Of a stretch of 60,212 bases of DNA, positions 30,310 to 38,623 are shown one piece after another. The stretch comes from Nocardioides sp. GTDB lineage: Bacteria; Actinomycetota; Actinomycetes; Propionibacteriales; Nocardioidaceae. A program made the translations under genes and the position numbers. The DNA lies in assembly GCF_036401255.1 (NCBI RefSeq), contig NZ_DASWVI010000147.1, positions 1 to 60,212 on the forward strand, in the 5' to 3' direction. Below the pieces are notes generated by a model. The model had not been told where the DNA came from and ran no database searches. It saw nothing but the letters and a program-made list of their open reading frames with translations. The stretch's first letter is position 1, and each line of letters opens with the position of its first letter.

Positions 30310-30345
30310 CCGTTGACCCGCCCGTAACTTTCGGCGGGTCAACGG
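30310..30345. terminator. hairpin between convergent genes
   Basis: 13-bp stem ccgttgacccgcc / ggcgggtcaacgg. Confidence 0.65.
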
Positions 30346-30350
30346 CGCGG

Positions 30351-30992
30351 TCAGCCGGCGGCCAGCACGACGAGGTACGCCGCCGCCAGCATCGCCGGGC
30401 CGAACGGGAACGTCGCCTTGCGGCCGGCTCCGGTGCGGACGGCCACCACGACCCCGACGAGGCCACCGAGCACGAACGCGAGGAAGAACGCCGCGAACGC
30501 CGCCGCCCAGCCGAACCAGCCGGTCAGCATGCCGAGCACCCCGGCGAGCTTGACGTCGCCCAGGCCGAGCCCGGCCGGGTTCAGCATGCTCAGCACCAGG
30601 TAGACGACCCCGCTCCCGACCGCACAGGCCAGCGCCGACCCCCACGATCCCCACTGGCCCTCGGCCCAGGCACAACCCGCGAGCAGCAGCAGCCCGGCAG
30701 GATAGGCGGGCAGCGTCCAGCGGTCCGGCAGCCGGCGTACGTCGAGGTCGATCGCGGCCAGCCCGGTCATCCACACCAGGGCGAGCGCGAAGGTCGCGAG
30801 CACCGCCGGCGCGTCGGCCAGGCGCCAGCCGAGCACCGCCTCGCCGACACCGAGCACCGGCACGACCCACCACACGCGCCGCGGCGGGAGGTGGACCTCG
30901 TCGTCGTAGCGGTACCGCCGGAGGGCGAGCCAGGCCCTCAGCAGCACACCGGCCGCCAGCCCACCCGCACCGAGGGCGGCTGCCACCACCAT
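30351..30992 (-). CDS. prepilin peptidase, A24 family (TadV-like)
   Basis: Catalytic Asp motifs AIDLDVRRLPD and GLGLGDVKLA; PFGPAM; multi-TM. Confidence 0.9.
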   Translation of the reverse strand: MVVAAALGAGGLAAGVLLRAWLALRRYRYDDEVHLPPRRVWWVVPVLGVGEAVLGWRLADAPAVLATFALALVWMTGLAAIDLDVRRLPDRWTLPAYPAGLLLLAGCAWAEGQWGSWGSALACAVGSGVVYLVLSMLNPAGLGLGDVKLAGVLGMLTGWFGWAAAFAAFFLAFVLGGLVGVVVAVRTGAGRKATFPFGPAMLAAAYLVVLAAG

Positions 30993-31354
30993 CAGGCCTC
31001 GCCGATCTCGAGAACGGAGCCGATCTCCACACCCCACATCGCCATCGACCCGGCCGCCGCCTCGATCGTCGCGCTCGCCCGGCGTCGCGGACGCGTCATG
31101 CCCAGCCACGGCCGGAGGGTCGCGACCAGGATCACCTCACCCGACCGGTCCACCACCGCGACGTCGATGGGATAGCGCATCCCGACCATGTGCACCGAGG
31201 GGCAGCGGGTGATCCACAACGCCCCCTCGACCGCCCGCGTGCCGAGCAGGCCCTTGCGTCTGGCCCGCCCCGTCGTCGCCACGGCGAGCGGTGCGACGGG
31301 CCGCCCGTCGCAGAGCAGCGTCCGGTCGCCCGGACCGAAGACCCGGCGGCTCAC
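30992..31354 (-). CDS. DUF192 family protein
   Basis: RRKGLLG...SVHMVGMRYPIDVAVVD...TIEAAAG; TGATG coupling to the peptidase; start approximate. Confidence 0.8.
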   Translation of the reverse strand: MSRRVFGPGDRTLLCDGRPVAPLAVATTGRARRKGLLGTRAVEGALWITRCPSVHMVGMRYPIDVAVVDRSGEVILVATLRPWLGMTRPRRRASATIEAAAGSMAMWGVEIGSVLEIGEA

Positions 31355-31432
31355 CGGAGGTTTGCCGACCTCGTCACGGTGGCAGGATCCGGGCGTTCTC
31401 GGATCGCACCGGGCCACGGAACAGGAGGCGGA

Positions 31433-31843
31433 ATGGATCGGCGTCGCGCCATCGGACTCGTGGCGGCACTCGTCCTGGGGCACTTCGCGGCCTGGATCGT
31501 GGCCGTGCTCGTGGGCCTCTCGTCGGACAGCGTGACCGCGACGGTGGTGCTCCGCACCCTGCTCGGCCTGGCCATGGTGGTCATGCTGACCCGCATCGTC
31601 ATGCGGGGAGCGTACGACGACGGCACGGTGGCCACGAGGCTCGTCGTGGCAGGGGTGGTGTCCTACCTGCTCTCCCCGGTCGCCTGGATCGGCCGGGCCC
31701 TGATCGCCCAGCTGCTGCTCGATCCCGGGCCGGCGACGTTCGCCGTGGACCTGCCGATCTGGGTGGTCGCGGTCGTGCTGGCGGGCCGCTCCGTCGGCCT
31801 GCGGGAGGCGCCGGCGCAGCGTCGGCCCTACCAGATGACGTGA
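31433..31843 (+). CDS. four-TM membrane protein
   Basis: RBS AGGAGG; MDRRRAIGLVAALVLGHFAAWIV... with four hydrophobic segments. Confidence 0.7.
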   Translation: MDRRRAIGLVAALVLGHFAAWIVAVLVGLSSDSVTATVVLRTLLGLAMVVMLTRIVMRGAYDDGTVATRLVVAGVVSYLLSPVAWIGRALIAQLLLDPGPATFAVDLPIWVVAVVLAGRSVGLREAPAQRRPYQMT

Positions 31844-31884
31844 CGCCCGGCCCGAGGTCGCGGTCGGAGGTGGCCCGGCGCCCT

Positions 31885-31939
31885 GGGCCCGTCGACGGGC
31901 CCGCGGACCTACGGTCACCGCCGGTCGCCGCGGGAGTCT
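31885..31939 (+). promoter_or_regulatory. Tad-type promoter, copy B
   Basis: GGGCCC (31885), GGGCCC (31897), GGACCT (31905), 23-nt gap, GAGTCT (31934). Confidence 0.45.
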
Positions 31940-31999
31940 GACAGCAGCGTGCACGCATGGGTGCCGGGACCGCCCGGCCCGACGGGAGAGGCAGAGGCC

Positions 32000-33385
32000 A
32001 TGCTCGGGGGACACGATCCAGCAAGACGGCGGGAGCGGGGGGCCGCGACCCTCGAGACGACCGGCGTGACGATCATCGCCGCGATGCTCGTGGTCGGACT
32101 GATCGTGTCCGCCACCCCGCAGGCGCGCATCATCGGGGAGACGTTCTCCTACTACGTCTGCCAGGTGGTGACGCTCGGACAGGGTGGTTGCACGCCGCCC
32201 TCCAGCTCGCCCGAGGCCCACAAGCCCACCGACCCGTGCGTGGTGACCCAGGACGGCGTCGAGCGCAACGCGAAGGTCTCGGTGCTGGTCGTCACCGCGT
32301 CCGACGGTCGACGCATCGAGATCCAGCGGCTCAGCAACGGCGAGTACCGCGTCACCGTGACCGACACCGGTGGCGCCGGTGCCGAGGTCGGGGTCGGAGG
32401 CGGGTTGACCGTGACGGTCGCCGACACCACCGTCGGCGGCAGCGCGACCGCCAACGCCGGTGCGTCCTTGGACATCAAGGACGGCGACGTCTACTACACC
32501 GACAAGGACGGCATCGACGACCTGATGAACGCCCTCCTCCAGGACCAGGTCAAGGACGCCACCGTCGGGGACAGCGGGCCCATTCGCTGGGTCACCGACC
32601 AGGCGACCGACCTGGTCGGCATCGGGCACGACCTCCCCGATCCCGACGAGACGTACGCCGAGGGCGGGGTCTCCCTCAACGCCAGCGCCCAGGCGACCGC
32701 ACTGACCGAGAGCGCCAACGCCGGCCTCTCGGAGTCGGCGCTGCTCGGTGTGCGACACAACCGCAACGGCTCGACGACGGTCTACCTCACCACGACGGTC
32801 TCGGGCGAGGCTGGCCTGCAGGGGCTGGGCATCGACACCGAGGGCAACCCCCAGTTCCAGGGCGCGAAGCTGGAGGGCAAGCTCCAGGTCGTCACCGCGG
32901 TCACCCTGGACGCCGAAGGCAACATGACCCAGGTGCAGGCCACCGCCAGTGCCGGCGGCACCTCCACCGGTCTCGCGACCGCCTTGTTCGGCGGCAGCGG
33001 TGACGCCGCCTGGACCAACCAGCAGTCCGGCCTCCACGTCTGGCAGGCGACGCTGCCGATCAAGGACTCCGCCGACCAGACGACGGCCAGTCAGTTCCTG
33101 CTCGCCCAGGGAGTCGGCTCGCTCGGGGCCTGGACCAACCCGCTGCTGGGGACCGCGGCGGCCATCGGCACCCAGAACTTCTTCGACGCCGTGCGCAACC
33201 ACGGCACGCTCACCCAACAGACCTACGACACCAACTCCAGCACCGTCTTCGGGGTCGATGCCGCCCTCGAGTTGGGTGTCGAGGTGGGGGTGTCCGGCAA
33301 CGTCAAGACCGACTCGATGACCACGACCGGCGCGCAATACTGGGACGGCAGCCAGTGGGTCGATTGGGAGGAGTGCGCCGCATGA
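32000..33385 (+). CDS. Flp/TadE-prepilin-fused large beta-rich protein of unknown function
   Basis: RRRERG|AATLE + hydrophobic helix, VCQVVTLGQGGC, Gly/Thr/Ala-rich alternating beta pattern, C-terminal WVDWEEC. Confidence 0.82.
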   Translation: MLGGHDPARRRERGAATLETTGVTIIAAMLVVGLIVSATPQARIIGETFSYYVCQVVTLGQGGCTPPSSSPEAHKPTDPCVVTQDGVERNAKVSVLVVTASDGRRIEIQRLSNGEYRVTVTDTGGAGAEVGVGGGLTVTVADTTVGGSATANAGASLDIKDGDVYYTDKDGIDDLMNALLQDQVKDATVGDSGPIRWVTDQATDLVGIGHDLPDPDETYAEGGVSLNASAQATALTESANAGLSESALLGVRHNRNGSTTVYLTTTVSGEAGLQGLGIDTEGNPQFQGAKLEGKLQVVTAVTLDAEGNMTQVQATASAGGTSTGLATALFGGSGDAAWTNQQSGLHVWQATLPIKDSADQTTASQFLLAQGVGSLGAWTNPLLGTAAAIGTQNFFDAVRNHGTLTQQTYDTNSSTVFGVDAALELGVEVGVSGNVKTDSMTTTGAQYWDGSQWVDWEECAA

Positions 33386-34017
33386 TCCGACGTCTGGCCG
33401 CCGTCTCGGGAGCCCTCACCCTCGCCCTCGCGCTCACGGCGTGCGGGGGCGACGGCGGGGACGAGCCGAAGACGGCCGACGACCCGTACCTGCCGACCGG
33501 GAGCCCGAGCGTGACGGTGACGATGACGAGCCCGCCCGCCGACTACTCGACGGTCAGCGGCGAGGGGTTCTCGATCAGCGCTCCCGGGGAGTTCCAGCAG
33601 CGCCGCCTCACCAGCGCCGACGGCGAGCCGATGCTCGTGCTCGAGAAGCCGTCGTCGATCGAGGCCATCCCCCAGCGCGTCGTGGTGATCCGCGACGTCG
33701 ACCCGCAGCAGTCGGCCGCCGAGCAGTCGTTCGCGCTGGAGTCGGTCAAGGCCGCGGGCGGACCGGCCGGGGACGCCGAGCGCTCCCAGGTCGACGTACC
33801 CGGAGACGCGGGCCCCGCCTTCCTCATCACCTGGAAGGAGGAGCGGCCGGCCGAGGGGGCCTCGACCGTCCAGGTCACCTACTGGCAGCTGATGGAGCAG
33901 GTCGGCAAGGACCTGATCATCAACGTCGTGGCGTTCGCGCCGACCTCCGAGTTCGAGACCTCCGAGGTGAGCAAGATCCTGCGCACGTTCGTCGCCGACG
34001 ACTCGCAGGTCGCATGA
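33382..34017 (+). CDS. lipoprotein (possibly PsbP/LpqN-like fold)
   Basis: Lipobox LALTAC; ATGA coupling; GFSISAPGEF...SKILRTF. Confidence 0.75.
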   Translation: MIRRLAAVSGALTLALALTACGGDGGDEPKTADDPYLPTGSPSVTVTMTSPPADYSTVSGEGFSISAPGEFQQRRLTSADGEPMLVLEKPSSIEAIPQRVVVIRDVDPQQSAAEQSFALESVKAAGGPAGDAERSQVDVPGDAGPAFLITWKEERPAEGASTVQVTYWQLMEQVGKDLIINVVAFAPTSEFETSEVSKILRTFVADDSQVA

Positions 34018-34586
34018 GGCTCAGCTCCGCACAGCGCCAGACCCTCCGGGCCGGCGCGGTCCTGCTGATGCTGTGTGGCGTGGGGCTCGCCGTCTTCGCC
34101 GCGCTCTACAGTCCGCAGTCGACCGGTTCCGGCGACCTGACGGTCGTGGACGACCCGACCTCGTTCAAGCTCCCCGACCCCGGTCTGTTCAGCGGTGAGG
34201 TGATCGTCTACGGCCACGGCACCGGCGAGCAGAGTCCCCAGGACCTCGGCTGCCGGTTGCTCGGACGCTCCGGTGACGAGCAGAGCAGCGCGAAGATGAG
34301 CGAGCTCGCCGTCCTCACGCTCGACCCGGTCACCGTCGACGGCCAGCGCCTGGAGCCGCTCTTCGCGGTGCGCTCCTATCCGCAGGGCGCGACGATCAGC
34401 TGCTCCCAGGGCCAGGCGGCGGCGCCGATCGCGATCACCGACGAGTCGACCTTCGGCCGGCTGGGCACGTTGGTCCGGGTGTTCGCCGGCGGGCTCGCAC
34501 TGGTGTGCGTCGTGGTCGGCGTGACGGTCTGGTTCGCGTTCCGGCCCCCACGTCGCGACCTACCCCGGCAGGCCTTCCCGTCCTGA
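34014..34586 (+). CDS. two-TM membrane protein with two-Cys extracytoplasmic domain
   Basis: ATGA coupling; TM, VIVYG..DLGC..VDG..ATISCS, TM. Confidence 0.7.
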   Translation: MRLSSAQRQTLRAGAVLLMLCGVGLAVFAALYSPQSTGSGDLTVVDDPTSFKLPDPGLFSGEVIVYGHGTGEQSPQDLGCRLLGRSGDEQSSAKMSELAVLTLDPVTVDGQRLEPLFAVRSYPQGATISCSQGQAAAPIAITDESTFGRLGTLVRVFAGGLALVCVVVGVTVWFAFRPPRRDLPRQAFPS

Positions 34587-34601
34587 CCGGTGCACCGCAC
34601 G

Positions 34602-34642
34602 GACATGACGCCCTCCCGGGGTCCCCGGGAGGGCGTCGTGTC
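34602..34642. terminator. hairpin between convergent genes
   Basis: gacatgacgccctcccgggg-t-ccccgggagggcgtcgtgtc. Confidence 0.7.
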
Positions 34643-34669
34643 GGTGCGGCCACCGCTCACTCGATGAGC

Positions 34670-35362
34670 TCAGTCGACCAGGCGGGGCTCCAGGCCGTGG
34701 ACGTCGACGTCGACGAGCGACAGCAGGCCGCTCTCGCCGCCGATGACGAAGTGGGCCACGATCGGTCCGCAGGTCAGCGTGGTCCCGATGTCCGGCGGCG
34801 GAGGCGGCGGCGTCGGGCTCGGCGGCGGCCCGCTCGGATCGTCGTCGGGGGGCTCGGTGGGCGTGGGCGTGGGCGTCGGGCTGGGGCTCGGTGGCGGGTC
34901 GTCCTGCCAGGAGCAGGAGCCGACGTCGAAACCGGTGCTGGCCACGGCGTCTGCGACCGCGGGGCCAACGTCGTCGGAGACGGGCTCGTTCATCTCCACG
35001 GATGCCTCGACCCGGTTGTGAGCGAGGTCGAAGCAGTACGACGTCAGCGAGGCGTCGTTCTTGCCCGCGTAGGTGCTGGCCTGGCTCTGGCCCAGGCCGC
35101 AACCGACCAGGCCCTCGAAGCCGCCCTTCGAGTGCAGCATCCCCAAGATCGCCGGCAGCTCGTCGGCCAGCGCACCCGCTCCGGCGAGCGCAGCGGCGTC
35201 GGCGGCGCTCTGCGCCTGCGACTTCTCGTCGGTGCCGTGACCGAGCGCGGCCACCCCCCACAGCGCGAGCGCGATCAGGAAGGTGGACGCCATGATGATG
35301 ATCGGCGTCGCGATCTGGCCGCGCTCGTCTCGGCGCCGATCACGTGCGTGCGACCGGTTCAT
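34670..35362 (-). CDS. TadG-related pseudopilin
   Basis: RRDERG|QI + hydrophobic helix; AQSAADAAALAGA Tad motif; Pro/Thr linker. Confidence 0.85.
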   Translation of the reverse strand: MNRSHARDRRRDERGQIATPIIIMASTFLIALALWGVAALGHGTDEKSQAQSAADAAALAGAGALADELPAILGMLHSKGGFEGLVGCGLGQSQASTYAGKNDASLTSYCFDLAHNRVEASVEMNEPVSDDVGPAVADAVASTGFDVGSCSWQDDPPPSPSPTPTPTPTEPPDDDPSGPPPSPTPPPPPPDIGTTLTCGPIVAHFVIGGESGLLSLVDVDVHGLEPRLVD

Positions 35363-35406
35363 CGACGAACTCCCCCTGGTGGTCTGGCGACTGGTGGACG
35401 TGGCGA

Positions 35407-35435
35407 ACGCGGGCCCCGGAGTCCGGGGCCCGCGT
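35407..35435 (-). terminator. hairpin downstream of the major pilin gene
   Basis: acgcgggccccgga-g-tccggggcccgcgt. Confidence 0.65.
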
Positions 35436-35457
35436 CAGCGGCGGTGCGGAGCGGAGG

Positions 35458-35670
35458 TCACCCGCCGGTCACGCTGTTCACGGCGGTGGTGAAGACGCCG
35501 CCGAGGTCGATGGCGTCGGCGGCCTGCAGCACCGCGAGGGCGATGCCGGCGGCGACGATGATCATGCCGACGTACTCCAGGGTGCCCTGGCCCTTCTCGT
35601 CGTCGCGGGCCTCGAGCAGGTGGGCCTGGAGCATCAGGTAGGTCATGATGAGCTTCTGCATCTGGATCAT
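35458..35670 (-). CDS. flp: Flp family type IVc major pilin
   Basis: 70 aa; DDEKG|QGTLEY + hydrophobic helix; RBS GAAAGAGG. Confidence 0.88.
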   Translation of the reverse strand: MIQMQKLIMTYLMLQAHLLEARDDEKGQGTLEYVGMIIVAAGIALAVLQAADAIDLGGVFTTAVNSVTGG

Positions 35671-35756
35671 CCTCTTTCACTGTCTCGGCCACGTCCCCCG
35701 TACGGGCCGTAAGCCTGTGTCCTGGATCTGGGTCGCCGTCCCTGACGACACTGTGA

Positions 35757-35847
35757 AATCTAGGTGCGATCGGCCGCCGCGCCGGGGGCCCAGGGGCCCA
35801 TCGTTGGGCCCACTGCCGGGCCCGCCGCTGGGCCTCCTGGTGGGCCC
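35757..35847 (-). promoter_or_regulatory. flp promoter with phased GGGCCC array
   Basis: Hexamers at 35842, 35830, 35818, 35806, 35794 (12-bp period) and 35786; 23-nt gap; TAGATT -10 box at 35762-35757. Confidence 0.7.
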
Positions 35848-35851
35848 AGAC

Positions 35852-36547
35852 TCACTCCAGCTCCCGGGTGCCGAGCCACACGGCGATGGCCTCGCTGCGG
35901 TTGGTGACCACGAGCTTGCCGAAGATCGCGTTCACGTGGTTCTTCACCGTCTTCTCGGCGAGGTAGAGCTCTCGGGCGATCTCGCTGTTGGTCTTGCCCT
36001 GGGCGATCAGCTCCATGAGCTCGACCTGGCGGTCGCTCAGGTCGAACCGCTGCTGCCGGCGCCGACGCTCGACCTCGGGATCCTCCGTCCTCGGTCCGCC
36101 GCGCAGCACCTCGAGCGCCTGGTGGGAGAACGCGCCGGCGCCGAGCGCGGCGCTGCGCACCGTGTGCACGAGCGTGGTGGCGTCGAAGGAGCCGTGGACC
36201 AGGTAGCCGCTCGCGCCGGCGTCGAGCGCGGCTCGGATGTGCTCGGGCTCGTCGGTGAAGGTCAGCATGATCACCGTCGTCTCCGGGGCGATCGCCCGGG
36301 CCGTCTGGACGCCGTCACGCCGAGGCATCCGGACGTCGAGCAGGACCACGTCGGGTCGCAGGCTGTGCACCATCGACTCCGCGAGCACCCCGTCCCCGGC
36401 CTCGCCGACGACCTCCACCAGGTCCGAGGTCTCCAGCAGGCTGCGCAGCCCGGTGCGGACGACGGGGTTGTCGTCGACGACCAGGATGCGCGTCGGCCCC
36501 TCGGCCGGCGTCGGCAGCGGCAGGGTGAGATCCTCGAGGTCAGACAT
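35852..36547 (-). CDS. NarL/FixJ-family response regulator
   Basis: ILVVDD, LLDVRMP receiver; LSDRQVELMELIAQGKTNSEIARELYLAEKTVKNHV LuxR HTH. Confidence 0.93.
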   Translation of the reverse strand: MSDLEDLTLPLPTPAEGPTRILVVDDNPVVRTGLRSLLETSDLVEVVGEAGDGVLAESMVHSLRPDVVLLDVRMPRRDGVQTARAIAPETTVIMLTFTDEPEHIRAALDAGASGYLVHGSFDATTLVHTVRSAALGAGAFSHQALEVLRGGPRTEDPEVERRRRQQRFDLSDRQVELMELIAQGKTNSEIARELYLAEKTVKNHVNAIFGKLVVTNRSEAIAVWLGTRELE

Positions 36548-37715
36548 AGCTCGCCTCCTTCAGGCCCATGAGCGGCGCGACCAGGCGGACGCTCGTCCCG
36601 CGGCCGGACGCGGTCTCGATCTCGGCTCGCCCACCGACCTGGGCCAGGCGCTCGGTGTATCCGCGGACCCCGAAGTGGCCCTCGCGCTCCCGTTCGGGCA
36701 GCACCTCGAGGGAGAACCCGCATCCGTCGTCGGCGATCTCGACGAGCAGGTCGTCGCCATCGCTGCACATCCGGACCGAGAGCCGGTCGGCGCCCGAGTG
36801 CGCCAGCGCGTTGAGGATCGCCTCGCGGGCGGCGGCGAGCAGCTCGTAGCGCACCGACGGCGCCGAGACCGACACCTCCTCGAGGTCGAGCCGCAGGCGT
36901 ACGTCGCGTCCGTGGGTGCAGTCGCGGGCGAGCGCGGCGAGGGACTCGTGGAAGGGCTGGTCGAGGTGGTCTTGCCGCAGGGTCGAGAGCAGCTCTCGGA
37001 GGCGCGCCACCGCGTCGGCCGAGGCCCGGGCGATGTCACCGGCCTCAGCGGCCGCGCGCTGGGGGTCGCGCTGGATCCAGTGCTCCAGGGACTGCGCGGT
37101 CAACGTCAGTCCCTGCAGGGTCTTGGCCGTGGAGTCGTGCAGCTCGCGGGCGAGCCGGGCGCGCTCGGCCGCCGCCGCGGCACCGGACACGAGGTCGGCG
37201 AAGGCACGTTCGGACTGACGCTTGCGTGTCGCGAGCAGCCGGAACACCTGGCCGAGCACGACGACCGACACGAAGGTGATCGGGAAGCCGAAGGCCACGA
37301 GGAAGGAGGAGTCGATCTCGCGGTCGAGCAGGCTCGCGGTCAGATAGCCGCCGACCATCGCGACCGTCGACAGCGCGGCCGGCAGCGGTGGCAGCACGAC
37401 ACCGGTGACGACACAGCTGCTCAGCGCGACCAGGACCAGCGGGTTGTCGGTGCCGAGCGCCACCATCAGCGCGGTCATCACCAGCCCGTCGACCATCACC
37501 AGCAGGGGGTGTCGCTGCAGGAAGTCGGGCACGGAGGGCAGCGAGATGCCGGCCATGCTGCTGAGGGTCAGGAACGCGATGGCCACGATGGCGACGGGCG
37601 AGAGCGTCCTCTCCACGAAGCCGGCGAGGCTGGCCAGCAGCGTCATCATCCGCATCAGGAACGCGACCCGGATCAGGGTCCGGACCTCCATCACGTCGGT
37701 TGCGTCGTCACTCAT
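36540..37715 (-). CDS. membrane sensor histidine kinase (HisKA_3)
   Basis: N-terminal TM helices; ERARLARELHDS; EAILNALAHS, DDGCGF, GHFGVRG. Confidence 0.92.
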   Translation of the reverse strand: MSDDATDVMEVRTLIRVAFLMRMMTLLASLAGFVERTLSPVAIVAIAFLTLSSMAGISLPSVPDFLQRHPLLVMVDGLVMTALMVALGTDNPLVLVALSSCVVTGVVLPPLPAALSTVAMVGGYLTASLLDREIDSSFLVAFGFPITFVSVVVLGQVFRLLATRKRQSERAFADLVSGAAAAAERARLARELHDSTAKTLQGLTLTAQSLEHWIQRDPQRAAAEAGDIARASADAVARLRELLSTLRQDHLDQPFHESLAALARDCTHGRDVRLRLDLEEVSVSAPSVRYELLAAAREAILNALAHSGADRLSVRMCSDGDDLLVEIADDGCGFSLEVLPEREREGHFGVRGYTERLAQVGGRAEIETASGRGTSVRLVAPLMGLKEASYV

Positions 37716-38623
37716 CCCGAGAACCCCCCGAACAGGTTGCCGAAGTCCAGACCCGAGCCCAAGACGATGCCGACGATGAGGATGATCAGCACCGCAGGCA
37801 CCAGCACGATCGTCGTCACGAGCGTGACCCGCGGGGCGACCCGCGCGGCCTTGCGGCGCATCCGTTGGGCGTGCTCGCGGCGCTGGTCGATCGCGATCTG
37901 GTTGAGGGCGTCGACCAGTGGTGCGCCGAGCTCGTCGGACTGCAAGAACGCGGTGACGAACTGGCTCAGCGCCTCGGAGTCGCTGCGCTCGCGCAGCTGC
38001 TCGAACGCCGCCCGCAGCGAGGCGCCGTGCTGGACCTGCCCGAGCGCGTGCTGCATCTCGGCCGCCAGCGGGCCACCGAAGCGCTCTGAGACCCGCATCA
38101 GTGCCGGGCGGAACCCGACGCCGGCGGTGACGGTGACGGCGAGCACGTCGAGGAAGTCGGGCAGGTCGCGGTCGAGGGCCTCGGTGCGCAGGCGGCGCAG
38201 GCGAGAGAGCCGGGAGAGCGGGAACACCACGGGCGCCACCAGGCACAGCACGAGGCCCAAGACGTTGGCCGAGGCGAGGCAGATCAGCGTGGCGGGAGCC
38301 AGGAGGATGACCCAGAGCATGACCCCGCGGATCACGCCGTCGACGCTCAACCCGTCGGGGCGTCCGGCGTAGGCCACCTGGGCCTGCAGCCACTCGACGG
38401 CGCGGTGGGGCAGCCGGCGCCGCACGCGCGGAGCCAGTCGCGTCGCGAGTCGGCCCAACGGCCCCTCGCCGCGTGCCGCGCGACGCTGCTCGGGCCGCAG
38501 CACCATGAGCTCCTCGAGCCCCAGGCCCTCCGCGGCGTCCGCCCGCAGCAGCCGGTAGCCGTGCAGGGCCAGGAGCAGCGCCCCGGCCACGGCCACACCC
38601 GGCAGGTAGATCGTGAGGTTCAT
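37712..38623 (-). CDS. tadC: Tad platform protein TadC (T2SS F family)
   Basis: LDRDLPDFLDVLAVTVTAGVGFRPAL...ELGAPLVDAL; ATGA coupling. Confidence 0.88.
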   Translation of the reverse strand: MNLTIYLPGVAVAGALLLALHGYRLLRADAAEGLGLEELMVLRPEQRRAARGEGPLGRLATRLAPRVRRRLPHRAVEWLQAQVAYAGRPDGLSVDGVIRGVMLWVILLAPATLICLASANVLGLVLCLVAPVVFPLSRLSRLRRLRTEALDRDLPDFLDVLAVTVTAGVGFRPALMRVSERFGGPLAAEMQHALGQVQHGASLRAAFEQLRERSDSEALSQFVTAFLQSDELGAPLVDALNQIAIDQRREHAQRMRRKAARVAPRVTLVTTIVLVPAVLIILIVGIVLGSGLDFGNLFGGFSG

